Shown here: piece by piece, positions 55,011-64,000 of the stretch | Layout of the letters: the number at the start of each line of letters is the position of its first letter | Numbering within the stretch: position 1 is the first letter of the stretch | Source of the DNA: Candidatus Babelota bacterium | Lineage (GTDB): Bacteria > Babelota > Babeliae > Babelales > JACPOV01 | Assembly (NCBI GenBank): GCA_022707425.1 | Contig: JAKJAQ010000005.1 | Location: forward strand, 10,988-74,987 | Reading direction: 5' to 3' | DNA length: 64,000 nt | The notes under the pieces: model-generated | Told to the model about the DNA's origin: nothing | Seen by the model: the letters and a program-made list of their open reading frames with translations, nothing else | Database searches by the model: none | Made by a program: the position numbers and the translations under genes

Positions 55011-56606
55011 TTAAATTTGTCGTTTTTTGGTGAGATAATTGATCAACATGAGAATCATAATGGCAATTGTTATACCTGAGACTAATGATACTGTACAACT
55101 AATGAGCGCTCCGTAAGGCATCATAATACCAGCAATTAAATAGGCTATGAAGGTGGCAAACAATGCAGGAAGTGCATAAGGTAACTGCGAATAGATATGT
55201 GCGTGCAGATTAGCCTCTGTGCTTGCAGCGGTCATAATTGTTGTTGTCCCAATGGGTGAAACATGATCACCAGCAACAGCACCTGCAAAAACAGCGCCAA
55301 TAACCGGTAGAAGTAAAACAATGTGATCAATTGATGTTGGTGTTGTCACATTGGTAAACGATGTCACCAAAGGAATAGCAAGTGGTACCAATACTGCAAT
55401 GGTTCCCCATGATGATCCAGTACCAACTGCGGTGATAAGTGAAGTTATATAAAACATTGCTGGTAAGAATGCGCTACTTACCGAACCAATAAGTATTTGT
55501 GCTAAATAATCGCCTGTGTGTAGATCGTTTTTTAGCAAAGTACCAAATGTCCATGCCAGAAAAAGAAGCGCAATTGAATCTTTCATCAATTGGTAACCGC
55601 CGTGAGCAAGTACAGGTAAACCCGAAACGGTTAATGTTTTGCGCGCCAATGCAAGAAGAACACTCAGGATAAATGAAGCGCAGCAGCCAATAAGTAATGC
55701 TAAGAAAATATCGGTTTGTTGCATTGTTTGATTCAGTGAATTTGATCCACCAAATAGTTTTGAATCTCCAAGATATAACACAGCAATAACAACAAAACTA
55801 ATTAGTGATGCAAGAGGAAAGATAAAATCTAAGAGTGTTCCAGTTGCTGTGTTTGAACTCTTAAATGTTTCAGTTGGAACAGATTCTCCGCCAAAAAGAT
55901 TTCCTGTTTCGTGTGCAATTTCTTCATGCGTGTTCATGAGACCCCATGAGCTTCGTGAACGTACAATGTAAATAACTGATGCACTGATGATGAATGAATA
56001 AAAAATAAATGGAATTGTTTGTAGATAGAACGCAAAAGGATCTTCCAGAATAAGTGGTTGATCAGCGCTATTTATCGAAACGCCTCCTTTTTCAAGTTGC
56101 ATCAATACCATTGCTATCCATGTTGAAACGGGCACAAGAATGATGAGTGGAGCAGCAAGTGAGTCAATTAAGAATGCTAATTTTATTCGTGGAATTTTAA
56201 ATGAATCGGTTACCGGTTTCATGATAGAACCAACGGTCAAAATGCTAAAAAAATCGTCGATGGCAAAACAAAATGAAAGTAAGACAGAGGCAGTTTCACT
56301 CGTTTTAGCAGAAGTTAGTCTTTTTTTTATCAATTTACCATAAGCAATGGTTCCACCGGTATGACCCATGAGCGTTATTAATGCACCAAGAAGAAGCAGG
56401 AAACCAAATGTATACATATTTGCAAGTTCAAACTGCGCTTGAATATTGTGTGCAATTATAGCTATTGTTTGATAAAGCGAAAAATTAGCTACAATGGCAG
56501 CGCCAATAACGATTCCTATTGCAAGAGCCAATAAAACGCGATGTGTAATAAATGCTAAAGCAATTACGAGAACGGGTGGAATGAGTACAAGCCAAGATAC
56601 CTGCAT
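55011..56606 (-). CDS. NhaC-family Na+/H+ antiporter-like transporter
   Basis: A polytopic protein with at least 11 TM segments. The N-terminal VLIPPVLVIALAFITHRVLLALAIGIVIGA pattern and the overall size resemble COG1757 transporters. The call is from memory only. Confidence 0.6.
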   Translation of the reverse strand: MQVSWLVLIPPVLVIALAFITHRVLLALAIGIVIGAAIVANFSLYQTIAIIAHNIQAQFELANMYTFGFLLLLGALITLMGHTGGTIAYGKLIKKRLTSAKTSETASVLLSFCFAIDDFFSILTVGSIMKPVTDSFKIPRIKLAFLIDSLAAPLIILVPVSTWIAMVLMQLEKGGVSINSADQPLILEDPFAFYLQTIPFIFYSFIISASVIYIVRSRSSWGLMNTHEEIAHETGNLFGGESVPTETFKSSNTATGTLLDFIFPLASLISFVVIAVLYLGDSKLFGGSNSLNQTMQQTDIFLALLIGCCASFILSVLLALARKTLTVSGLPVLAHGGYQLMKDSIALLFLAWTFGTLLKNDLHTGDYLAQILIGSVSSAFLPAMFYITSLITAVGTGSSWGTIAVLVPLAIPLVTSFTNVTTPTSIDHIVLLLPVIGAVFAGAVAGDHVSPIGTTTIMTAASTEANLHAHIYSQLPYALPALFATFIAYLIAGIMMPYGALISCTVSLVSGITIAIMILMLINYLTKKRQI

Positions 56607-56767
56607 AAAAAAACCTTTAATGATAAAATGATTAGTGTATGCTAACTATAAATCAAAAAAGGTAATTTTGGCTATGAGAATGTGTAACTTGCATTTGACC
56701 AGCGGCTTTTTTTGCTTTACTCTAAAAAACACACAGATTTTTCTGCTATGTCAATAAGGACGTTCGT

Positions 56768-57187
56768 ATGGATATGAATAAAGCATTTTTCTTAAAAAAA
56801 GAAGACCGTAATCCTCAATGGATTGTTATCGATGCAAATGGCATGGTTGTTGGGCGATTGGCAACTAAGATTGCTGATATCTTGCACGGCAAACATGTGC
56901 CAGCATTTACACCGCATGATGATGCAGGTGATTATGTGATTGTTATCAATGCAAAGGATGTTGTTTTGTCAGGTAACAAATGGTCTCAAAAAACCTACGA
57001 CCGTTACTCAGGCTATATTGGTGGTCTTAAAACGAGCTCGGCAAAAGACCTTGGCCCAATAGGCGTTATTGAAAAAGCGGTAGAGCGCATGCTTCCTAAA
57101 TCAAAAATGGGTCGTGCTGCTATGAAGAAGCTACGAATCTATGAAGGTGCAGAACATCCTCATCATGGACAAGTTGCTACCAAATGA
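56768..57187 (+). CDS. rplM: 50S ribosomal protein L13
   Basis: W.VIDA.G.V.GRLAT.IA..L.GKH.P.FTPH.D.GD.V.VINA; 139 aa. Confidence 0.93.
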   Translation: MDMNKAFFLKKEDRNPQWIVIDANGMVVGRLATKIADILHGKHVPAFTPHDDAGDYVIVINAKDVVLSGNKWSQKTYDRYSGYIGGLKTSSAKDLGPIGVIEKAVERMLPKSKMGRAAMKKLRIYEGAEHPHHGQVATK

Positions 57188-57210
57188 TAATTAGCAATCA
57201 ATTATAGTAA

Positions 57211-57251
57211 AAAGAAAGAGGCCGTTTTTATTAACGGCCTCTTTCTTTTTT
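57211..57251. terminator. Strong bidirectional rho-independent terminator
   Basis: A perfect 16-bp stem AAAGAAAGAGGCCGTT / AACGGCCTCTTTCTTT with a 6-nt loop. T-rich tracts follow it on both strands. It lies between rplM (+) and rseP (-). Confidence 0.75.
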
Positions 57252-57269
57252 GTTTGCAAAATTATTAAA

Positions 57270-58385
57270 TCAACCAATTGAAAAAAGATGGAAAATGTCT
57301 TTAACGCTGAGAACAATCACGAGCAATAGAACAGCAATCCAGCAAATATAATGAATCAGTATTCTTGTTTTTTCAGGTAATGAACGCCCCAGAATCGCTT
57401 CAATGGTATATAATAAAGCTTGTCCGCCATCCATAATAGGCAGCGGAATAATATTAAGAAGTGCTAAGTTTACACTGATGAACGCCAAAAGAAGTAAGAA
57501 TACTTTTCCTCCACGTTCAGCACCCTTGATTGTTTGAGAGATAACCATGAGAGGGCCGCCCAGTTGCTGTACGTTTTTTTGGGTGAAAATACTTTTTAAT
57601 GCATGCCACACTTGACCAATAATAATGTGCGTTGCTTTGATTCCCATCGAAATTGATTGAAAGAATGAATAACGAGGGATTACGAAATCAACCCCTAAAA
57701 AGCCAAAAGTTGATTGTTGAATTTGGCGTTGCCCAATGACCAGCGGTATTTCTTGTTGGGTACCATTGCGGTTAATAGTAAGGGTTGCAGGGGTATTTGG
57801 ATTGTTTTTTACTTGATTGATAACTTCTTCAGCTTTTTCAACAGCTATGCCGTTAAAGGCTAGTACGTCATCACCTGATTGTAATTGAGCGATTGCAGCA
57901 GGTGATTCTGGTTCAACCGAGGCAATAACGGTTGATGCGTTTGCGGGATACAAGAGAGCCGATTTTGGCATTCCAACAAAATAAAGGAGTGAAAGGGCAA
58001 TATAGGCAAACAGTAGATTAAATAAGATACCACCGGCCATTACCAGCATTTTTTGATAATATGGTTTTTTTGCAAAAGAGTGCTGGTCGGCGCGATGAGC
58101 CTGTTTTTGCTCTCCTTGTCCTACTTCTGCCGCTCCGGCAATTTCAACGTAGCCGCCAAGGGGGATTGCCGAAAGAGCAAATTCAGTCTCACCTATTTTC
58201 TTAGTAAATAATCGAGGTCCCATGCCTATAGAAAATGAAGGAGTGGCGATTCGAAAGATCTTGCAAAAGATAAAATGACCGAGCTCGTGAAAACCAATTA
58301 AGAACCCTATGCCTATAATGCCAACTGCAATAAAAAAAAGATGCTGTGCTAATCCTGCAATTGATGAAATAAGTGCCATAGCCAT
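57270..58385 (-). CDS. rseP: RIP zinc metalloprotease RseP (site-2 protease, M50)
   Basis: HELGHFIFCK (HExxH) in the first TM helix, one PDZ-like region (PAAIAQLQSGDDVLAFNG), and the C-terminal NLLPIPIMDGG motif (here NIIPLPIMDGG). Confidence 0.9.
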   Translation of the reverse strand: MAMALISSIAGLAQHLFFIAVGIIGIGFLIGFHELGHFIFCKIFRIATPSFSIGMGPRLFTKKIGETEFALSAIPLGGYVEIAGAAEVGQGEQKQAHRADQHSFAKKPYYQKMLVMAGGILFNLLFAYIALSLLYFVGMPKSALLYPANASTVIASVEPESPAAIAQLQSGDDVLAFNGIAVEKAEEVINQVKNNPNTPATLTINRNGTQQEIPLVIGQRQIQQSTFGFLGVDFVIPRYSFFQSISMGIKATHIIIGQVWHALKSIFTQKNVQQLGGPLMVISQTIKGAERGGKVFLLLLAFISVNLALLNIIPLPIMDGGQALLYTIEAILGRSLPEKTRILIHYICWIAVLLLVIVLSVKDIFHLFSIG

Positions 58386-58682
58386 GTTTTAGCTCCTTAA
58401 AGAGAATTGTGCGCAATAGTGATTGCCGATAGTGAAGTCTTATGTAATTTCTCGGTACCATAAACGGTAGCATGATTAGCGACGTCCGTCTACGATGAAA
58501 ATCATAATTATTGAGCATCAATTCCACTTGAAAAAAATCAGAGAAAGGATAAACTAGTAATAATTCTTACATGTTTCAAAATTAAATAAGCAGAGAATTA
58601 ACACGCCCGACGCTTCATTTTTGGGTCTATGATTTAGTAATTAAGTACAAGTTATTGATTAATTTTTTTTTGGGAAGATTGT

Positions 58683-59054
58683 ATGCCAACAATAAATCAG
58701 CTTGCTCGCTTTGGACGACACAAAGTGACCGATAAATCAAAAAGTCCGGCGCTTAAAGGCGCACCTCAGGCTCGTGGAGTGTGCACTCGTGTATTTACCA
58801 CAACGCCTAAAAAACCTAACTCAGCACTTCGAAAAGTAGCTCGTGTTAAGCTTTCAACTGGAATTGAAGTTACTGCGTATATTCCTGGAGAAGGTCACAA
58901 TTTGCAAGAACACTCTGTTGTATTGGTAAGAGGTGGTAGGGTAAAAGATCTTCCAGGTGTTAAATATCACATTGTTCGCGGCGCTCTTGATGCTGCAGGT
59001 GTTGAAAACAGAAAGCAAGGACGCTCATTATACGGTGCTAAGCGACCAAAATAA
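58683..59054 (+). CDS. rpsL: 30S ribosomal protein S12
   Basis: MPTINQL...[11 protein letters not shown]...[17 protein letters not shown]. Confidence 0.97.
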   Translation: MPTINQLARFGRHKVTDKSKSPALKGAPQARGVCTRVFTTTPKKPNSALRKVARVKLSTGIEVTAYIPGEGHNLQEHSVVLVRGGRVKDLPGVKYHIVRGALDAAGVENRKQGRSLYGAKRPK

Positions 59055-59077
59055 GTAAGGCAAGAAGGATTTAATTC

Positions 59078-59563
59078 ATGGCAAGGCGTAAAAAATTAAT
59101 AAGCTTAAAACGCGAAATCGGTGTAGATGAACGTTATGGATCAGAATTGATTCAAAAATTCATTAATGTCATTATGTTGCGTGGTAAAAAAGGCGTTGCT
59201 CGTCAGATCGTCTACGATGCAATCGATTTGATTTCAAAAAAAGCTGGCAACAATAAAGAAAAAGGTTTGGAAACATTTTACCGAGCATTTGACCAGGTTT
59301 TTCCTGCGATTGAAGTGCGTCCGCGTCGTGTTGGCGGTAGTGTATATCAAATTCCTGTAGAAGTTCGACCAGAACGCCGTCGCGCGTTAGCAATGCGTTG
59401 GATTATCGATGCTGCTAAAAAACGCTCTGACAAAACAATGGGTGACCGTTTGGGTTACGAATTGCTTGAGGCGTCTGAAGGACGAGGCGATGCGGTGAAG
59501 AAAAAGCTTGATGTTCATAAAATGGCAGAAGCAAATCGAGCATTCTCTCATTATGCATGGTAA
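59078..59563 (+). CDS. rpsG: 30S ribosomal protein S7
   Basis: KFIN.IM..GKK..A..IVY.A...I, VEVRPRRVGGS.YQIPVEV, and the C-terminal KMAEANRAF.HY.W. Confidence 0.97.
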   Translation: MARRKKLISLKREIGVDERYGSELIQKFINVIMLRGKKGVARQIVYDAIDLISKKAGNNKEKGLETFYRAFDQVFPAIEVRPRRVGGSVYQIPVEVRPERRRALAMRWIIDAAKKRSDKTMGDRLGYELLEASEGRGDAVKKKLDVHKMAEANRAFSHYAW

Positions 59564-59575
59564 CAAGGGTGGGTT

Positions 59576-61648
59576 ATGAGTAAAGATAAAGAACTACAAA
59601 AATTTCGGAATATTGGGATTGCTGCGCATATTGATGCTGGTAAAACAACAGTAACTGAGCGCATTCTTTTCTATACCGGTGTGACACACAAAATGGGTGA
59701 AGTCCATGAAGGTGAAACCGTTATGGATTGGATGGAGCAGGAGCGCGAGCGTGGTATTACCATTACTTCTGCTGCAACAAAATGTATGTGGAAGGGGCAT
59801 TCGATTAACATTATCGATACACCCGGTCACGTAGATTTTACTATTGAAGTAGGTCGTTCATTGCGCGTGCTAGATGGCATGGTCGGTGTGTTTTGTGGCG
59901 TTGCTGGTGTGCAACCACAATCAGAAACCGTATGGAGACAAGCGCGTCGCTACAAAGTTCCACGCATTATTTTTGTAAATAAGCTTGATCGCACGGGAGC
60001 AGATTTTTTACGTGTTGTTAATGATATTAATCAGAAGCTTCATGTAAACGCAGTCCCGGCTCAAATGCAAGTTGGGTTGTCGGACGATTTTAATGGGATT
60101 ATCGATTTATTGACCCGTAAGATGGCAACATTCAGCACGGCCGATAAAGGTGTCACCATTACCTGGTCTGATGTTCCAGCAGAATATGTTGAGCAGATGG
60201 AAAAATTGCGTACACAGTTGATTGAGAAAGCATGCGATTTTGATGATGCAATGGCTGAAAGATATCTCAATGGTGAAGAGTTAGAGTTGCCTGAAATTAA
60301 AGCAGCTTTACGCAAAGGTGTTCTTTCTCAAGAGATCGCAATTGCATTTTGCGGTACTGCTTTCAAAAATAAGGGTGTTCAACTTCTTCTTGATGCAGTG
60401 AACGATTATTTACCATCTCCTTTAGATGTTCCTCCGGTTATTGGAAAAGTACCCGGTACGAATGAAGAACAAGAACGCAAAGCTGATGTTGATGAACCGT
60501 TGGCTGCATTAGTGTTTAAAATTATGACCGACCCATTTGTTGGCGTTCTTACTTTTATTCGTGTGTATTCAGGAGAAATTAAAGCTGGATCATATGTATA
60601 TAATGCTAACACTGGTACCAAAGAGCGCGTAAGCCGCTTGGTTAAGATGTATGCAAATAAACGTGAAGAAATTGATTCAATTAAGGCTGGAGATATAGCT
60701 GCTGCGGTTGGTATTAAAGATGCGATTACAGGGCATACTTTGTGCAGCGAAACTCATCCTATTTTGCTCGAATCTATTGATGTACCGGCACCGGTTATTG
60801 ATAGCTCTATTGAGCCAAAAAATAAGGGTGATTATGAAAAGATGGTGATTGCTTTACGAAAAATGATGCAAGAAGATCCATCGTTTAGATTTTCGTATAA
60901 CCAGGAAACTGGACAAACAGTTATCTCAGGTATGGGTGAACTGCATTTAGAAATTATTGTCGACCGCTTAAAACGTGAGCATAAAGTTGAAGTTGTGCAA
61001 GGTACATTGCAAGTTGCTTACAAAGAAACGATTCAAAAGCCGGTCGAATCTGAAGGAAAATATATCAAACAATCTGGTGGTCGTGGTCAGTACGGACATG
61101 TATGGATCAAGCTTGAGCCTCTTGAGCGCGGCAAAGGATTTGTTTTTGAGGATGATATTGTCGGTGGATCGATTCCAAAAGAATTTATCCCTGGTGTACA
61201 GAAGGGTATTGAAGAAGCGCTTAATTCTGGAGTACTTGGTGGTTTTCCGGTCGTTGATTTGAAAGTATCACTTTACGAAGGTTCATATCACGATGTTGAC
61301 TCTTCAGAAATGGCGTTTAAAATCGCTGGTTCTATGGCTTTTAAAAGTGGTATGGCACAAGCCTCACCGACTTTGCTTGAACCAATTATGAAGGTTGAAG
61401 TAGAAACGCCTGATGAATACATGGGCGATGTAATGGGCGATTTAAATTCGCGAAGAGGACGTATTCTTGGCATGGATGATCGAAGTGGTACTCAGGTAAT
61501 TAATGCCGAAGTTCCGCTGGGAGAAATGCTTGGATATGCGACATCGTTGCGTTCAATGACCAAGGGTAGAGCAAGTTATTCGATGGAGTTTGAGGCTTAC
61601 CGCGAGGTGCCAAAACACATTGAAGCAGCAGTAGTTCAGAAAAAATAG
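59576..61648 (+). CDS. fusA: Elongation factor G
   Basis: [27 protein letters not shown], and domain IV/V blocks; 690 aa. Confidence 0.97.
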   Translation: MSKDKELQKFRNIGIAAHIDAGKTTVTERILFYTGVTHKMGEVHEGETVMDWMEQERERGITITSAATKCMWKGHSINIIDTPGHVDFTIEVGRSLRVLDGMVGVFCGVAGVQPQSETVWRQARRYKVPRIIFVNKLDRTGADFLRVVNDINQKLHVNAVPAQMQVGLSDDFNGIIDLLTRKMATFSTADKGVTITWSDVPAEYVEQMEKLRTQLIEKACDFDDAMAERYLNGEELELPEIKAALRKGVLSQEIAIAFCGTAFKNKGVQLLLDAVNDYLPSPLDVPPVIGKVPGTNEEQERKADVDEPLAALVFKIMTDPFVGVLTFIRVYSGEIKAGSYVYNANTGTKERVSRLVKMYANKREEIDSIKAGDIAAAVGIKDAITGHTLCSETHPILLESIDVPAPVIDSSIEPKNKGDYEKMVIALRKMMQEDPSFRFSYNQETGQTVISGMGELHLEIIVDRLKREHKVEVVQGTLQVAYKETIQKPVESEGKYIKQSGGRGQYGHVWIKLEPLERGKGFVFEDDIVGGSIPKEFIPGVQKGIEEALNSGVLGGFPVVDLKVSLYEGSYHDVDSSEMAFKIAGSMAFKSGMAQASPTLLEPIMKVEVETPDEYMGDVMGDLNSRRGRILGMDDRSGTQVINAEVPLGEMLGYATSLRSMTKGRASYSMEFEAYREVPKHIEAAVVQKK

Positions 61649-61686
61649 TAAAACAGTTTCAGGACCTAGTCTTAGGAGACCATATA

Positions 61687-62874
61687 ATGTCAAAAGTATT
61701 TGAAAGAAAAAAGCCACATATAAACGTTGGAACGATTGGACACGTTGATCATGGCAAAACATCTTTAACAGCTGCAATTACAAAATATTTGGCTGGAAAA
61801 GGTTTAGCTAATTTTACCGCCTATGATCAAATCGACAAATCTCCTGAAGAAAAAGCACGTGGTATTACCATTGCTGCTTCACACGTTGAATACGAAACAG
61901 ATAAACGTCACTATGCACACGTTGACTGTCCTGGCCATGCTGACTATGTGAAAAATATGATCACTGGTGCAGCTCAGATGGACGGAGCAATTTTGGTGGT
62001 ATCTGCTGCTGATGGTGCTATGCCTCAAACACGTGAACATATTTTGCTTGCAAAAAACGTTGGTGTACCTGCATTGGTCGTTTTCCTTAATAAAGTTGAT
62101 ATGGTCGACGACAACGATATGATTGATATGGTCGAAGAAGAAGTTCGTGATCTTATCAGCAAATATGGTTTTCCTGGTGATAAGGTTCCTGTAGTACGCG
62201 GTTCTGCAACCAAAGCGCTTTCTGGTGATGCTGGTGAACTAGGTTATCAAGCTATCCAAAAATTACTTGATGCTATCGACACCTACATTCCTGAACCAAC
62301 TCGCGAAATTGACAAGCCGTTTTCAATGCCGGTTGAAGGCGTTTTCTCTATTGCTGGCCGTGGTACGGTAGCAACAGGACGTGTTGAACGTGGCCGTGTT
62401 CAAGTTGGCGACGAAGTTGAAATCATCGGTTTTGGTACAAAAATTAAAACAGTTGTAACCGGTGTTGAAATGTTCAAGAAAGAATTGAAAGACGCACAAG
62501 CTGGTGACAACATTGGTATTTTGCTTCGTGGTGCTAAGAAGGAAGATATTGAGCGTGGTATGGTTATTGCTAAACCAGGTTCAGTTAATCCTCACCAAAA
62601 ATTCAAAGCACAAGTATACGTGTTGACCAAGGAAGAAGGTGGCCGTCATAGTCCATTCTTTAGTGGCTATCGTCCTCAATTCTATTTCCGTACAACAGAC
62701 GTTACTGGTGTAGTAACATTGCCTGCTGGCCGAGAAATGGTTATGCCAGGTGACAACGTTGAGTTGTCTGTTGAGTTGGTTGCACCGATCGCGATGGAAA
62801 AAGATCTACGCTTTGCTGTTCGTGAAGGTGGACGTACCGTTGGATCTGGTGTAGTAACTGAAATTATTAAGTAA
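61687..62874 (+). CDS. tuf: Elongation factor Tu
   Basis: [36 protein letters not shown], and [22 protein letters not shown]. Confidence 0.98.
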   Translation: MSKVFERKKPHINVGTIGHVDHGKTSLTAAITKYLAGKGLANFTAYDQIDKSPEEKARGITIAASHVEYETDKRHYAHVDCPGHADYVKNMITGAAQMDGAILVVSAADGAMPQTREHILLAKNVGVPALVVFLNKVDMVDDNDMIDMVEEEVRDLISKYGFPGDKVPVVRGSATKALSGDAGELGYQAIQKLLDAIDTYIPEPTREIDKPFSMPVEGVFSIAGRGTVATGRVERGRVQVGDEVEIIGFGTKIKTVVTGVEMFKKELKDAQAGDNIGILLRGAKKEDIERGMVIAKPGSVNPHQKFKAQVYVLTKEEGGRHSPFFSGYRPQFYFRTTDVTGVVTLPAGREMVMPGDNVELSVELVAPIAMEKDLRFAVREGGRTVGSGVVTEIIK

Positions 62875-62894
62875 TCATACGCAGTAAGGTTGTT

Positions 62895-63200
62895 ATGAAG
62901 AAACACAAAATTCGCTTAGCACTTAAATCGTATGATCATCAATTGCTCGATCAAGCAGTAAAACGAATTGTTTTGACAGCTTTAAAAACAGGTTCCCAGA
63001 TAGTGGGACCTGTTCCTTTGCCTAATAAACGTCGCTGCTTTACCGTGTTGCGATCGCCGCATATCGATAAAAAGTCTCGTGAGCAATTTGAGTTGACAAC
63101 GCACAAGCGCATCGTTGATATTGTTGCACCTTCAGAAGAAACGATGAATGCGCTTATGAAATTAAGCATTTCTTCTGGTGTTGACGTAGAAATTTGCTAA
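62895..63200 (+). CDS. rpsJ: 30S ribosomal protein S10
   Basis: KIRL.LKSYDH.LLD......V......G....GP.PLP.....[21 protein letters not shown]. Confidence 0.97.
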   Translation: MKKHKIRLALKSYDHQLLDQAVKRIVLTALKTGSQIVGPVPLPNKRRCFTVLRSPHIDKKSREQFELTTHKRIVDIVAPSEETMNALMKLSISSGVDVEIC

Positions 63201-63215
63201 CGGAAGAGGTTTGAT

Positions 63216-63833
63216 ATGTTGAATGGTGTGTGGGGAACCAAGATTGGGATGACCCAGGTATTTTCAGAAAAAAATACCGTTGTGCCGGTTACAGTAATCG
63301 ATTTAAACGATTGGATTGTAACCCAAGTTAAAACAAAAGAACGTGATGGTTATGAGGCATTGCAAATTAGCTGCTTGCGTAAGCGATTTGCAGGAAAGCC
63401 TTTTGAGGCTCAATGGCTGAAAAAAAAGAATAACTATTTCCGTTTTTCAAAAGAAGTTGCTTTACAAGAAGCTGGCCAATATGAAATTGGACAACGGTTT
63501 AATGCGGCAGCAGTTCTTGAAGTTGGCAAAACGGTTGACGTTTTTGGTATTACCAAAGGACGCGGGTTTCAAGGTGTAGTTAAACGCCATGGTTTCCGTG
63601 GTGGTTCTGCCAGTCATGGACCACGTTTTGGTCGTTGGCCTGGATCAATGGGATTCATGAGATCGCAAGGTCGAGTTATTAAAAACAAAAAGCTACCAGG
63701 ACAAATGGGCTGTGATCAACGAGCGATGAAGCGCTTAGAAGTGATCCGCATTGAATCGGAAGCACAGATTGCTTTAATTAAGGGCTCAGTTCCGGGTGGA
63801 GCTGGTTCGTTGGTATTCATGCAAAAAGCATAG
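63216..63833 (+). CDS. rplC: 50S ribosomal protein L3
   Basis: G.KIGMTQVF, GITKGRGFQGV.KRHGF.GG.ASHG and PG.MG......L.V. are L3 blocks. Confidence 0.95.
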   Translation: MLNGVWGTKIGMTQVFSEKNTVVPVTVIDLNDWIVTQVKTKERDGYEALQISCLRKRFAGKPFEAQWLKKKNNYFRFSKEVALQEAGQYEIGQRFNAAAVLEVGKTVDVFGITKGRGFQGVVKRHGFRGGSASHGPRFGRWPGSMGFMRSQGRVIKNKKLPGQMGCDQRAMKRLEVIRIESEAQIALIKGSVPGGAGSLVFMQKA

Positions 63834-63840
63834 GAAAAAT

Positions 63841-64000
63841 ATGTGTGCTCAAAGATCAAAAAAAATCGAATCAACAGATCAAAATGCTTTGTTAGAGATG
63901 GTAAAAGCTTCTGATTTTCCAGAAGTATCAGAACGCTCAATCAACAAAGCCGCTTTTGCTGTTTGTGTTCGTGCATTATTGCAAAATTGGCGTCAAGGAA
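63841..64000 (+). CDS. rplD: 50S ribosomal protein L4, N-terminal part; 3' end cut by the window edge
   Basis: The ORF runs off the window. AAFAVCVRALLQNWRQG resembles the conserved L4 ...A..RQGT block. Position after rplC. Confidence 0.8.
   Translation, partial: MCAQRSKKIESTDQNALLEMVKASDFPEVSERSINKAAFAVCVRALLQNWRQG

Noticed and set aside
58386-58682. A possible ncRNA or riboswitch in the 297-nt gap upstream of rpsL
   Set aside because: I found only short, imperfect hairpins and one weak sigma70-like TTGAAA-16nt-TAAACT. Nothing resembles a known structured RNA such as SRP RNA, RNase P RNA, tmRNA or 6S RNA. It is most simply the str operon promoter and leader.

Overview
This window reads as a core chromosomal region of an AT-rich bacterium with a compact genome; many neighbouring genes overlap by 4-8 nt. 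The cell is probably diderm, judging from a YidC with a long periplasmic domain, RseP, lipobox proteins and murA/murC. In order, the recognisable content is: murA (3' part), an isolated atpG, a YacP/NYN-like gene, tsaE, and a tRNA cluster (Tyr-Gly-Thr-Thr). Then come rpmG (missing from the ORF track), tRNA-Trp, secE-nusG-rplK-rplA-rplJ-rplL-rpoB-rpoC, tRNA-Val, and rpsO-pnp-rph. Next are a cdaA-like/YbbR-like/glmM/DUF502 operon, trpS, pcrA/uvrD, hflX, ffh-rpsP-KH-trmD-rplS, an HDAC-family gene coupled to murC, a CsaA-like gene, and a sodium:solute symporter. The window ends with two GNAT-like genes, a merR-photolyase-cryptochrome-like operon, yidC-recR, pepP, an NhaC-like transporter, rplM, rseP, and the start of the str/S10 region (rpsL-rpsG-fusA-tuf-rpsJ-rplC-rplD'). 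I saw no CRISPR array, transposase, integrase, prophage or classical defence island. About 15 small or orphan genes lie between the housekeeping operons, and most carry Sec-type signal peptides or lipoboxes. This pattern would fit a host-associated lifestyle, but that is inference only. The observations most worth follow-up are listed below.
- A 9-cysteine, zinc-ribbon-like insertion of about 60 residues in RNA polymerase beta.
- A CdaA-like protein that keeps the cdaA/ybbR/glmM synteny but appears to have lost the DGA and RHR catalytic motifs.
- A TrmD fused to a second SPOUT-like domain, in an rpsP operon with no rimM.
- An HDAC11-type deacylase with a signal peptide and a Cys4 insertion, translationally coupled to murC.
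- A secreted protein with a caspase-like His/Cys dyad, followed by an 8-cysteine secreted mini-protein.
- A member of the FeS-BCP/(6-4) photolyase family that appears to lack the Fe-S cysteine ligands.

All functional calls come from reading the translations against remembered family motifs. No database search was run.
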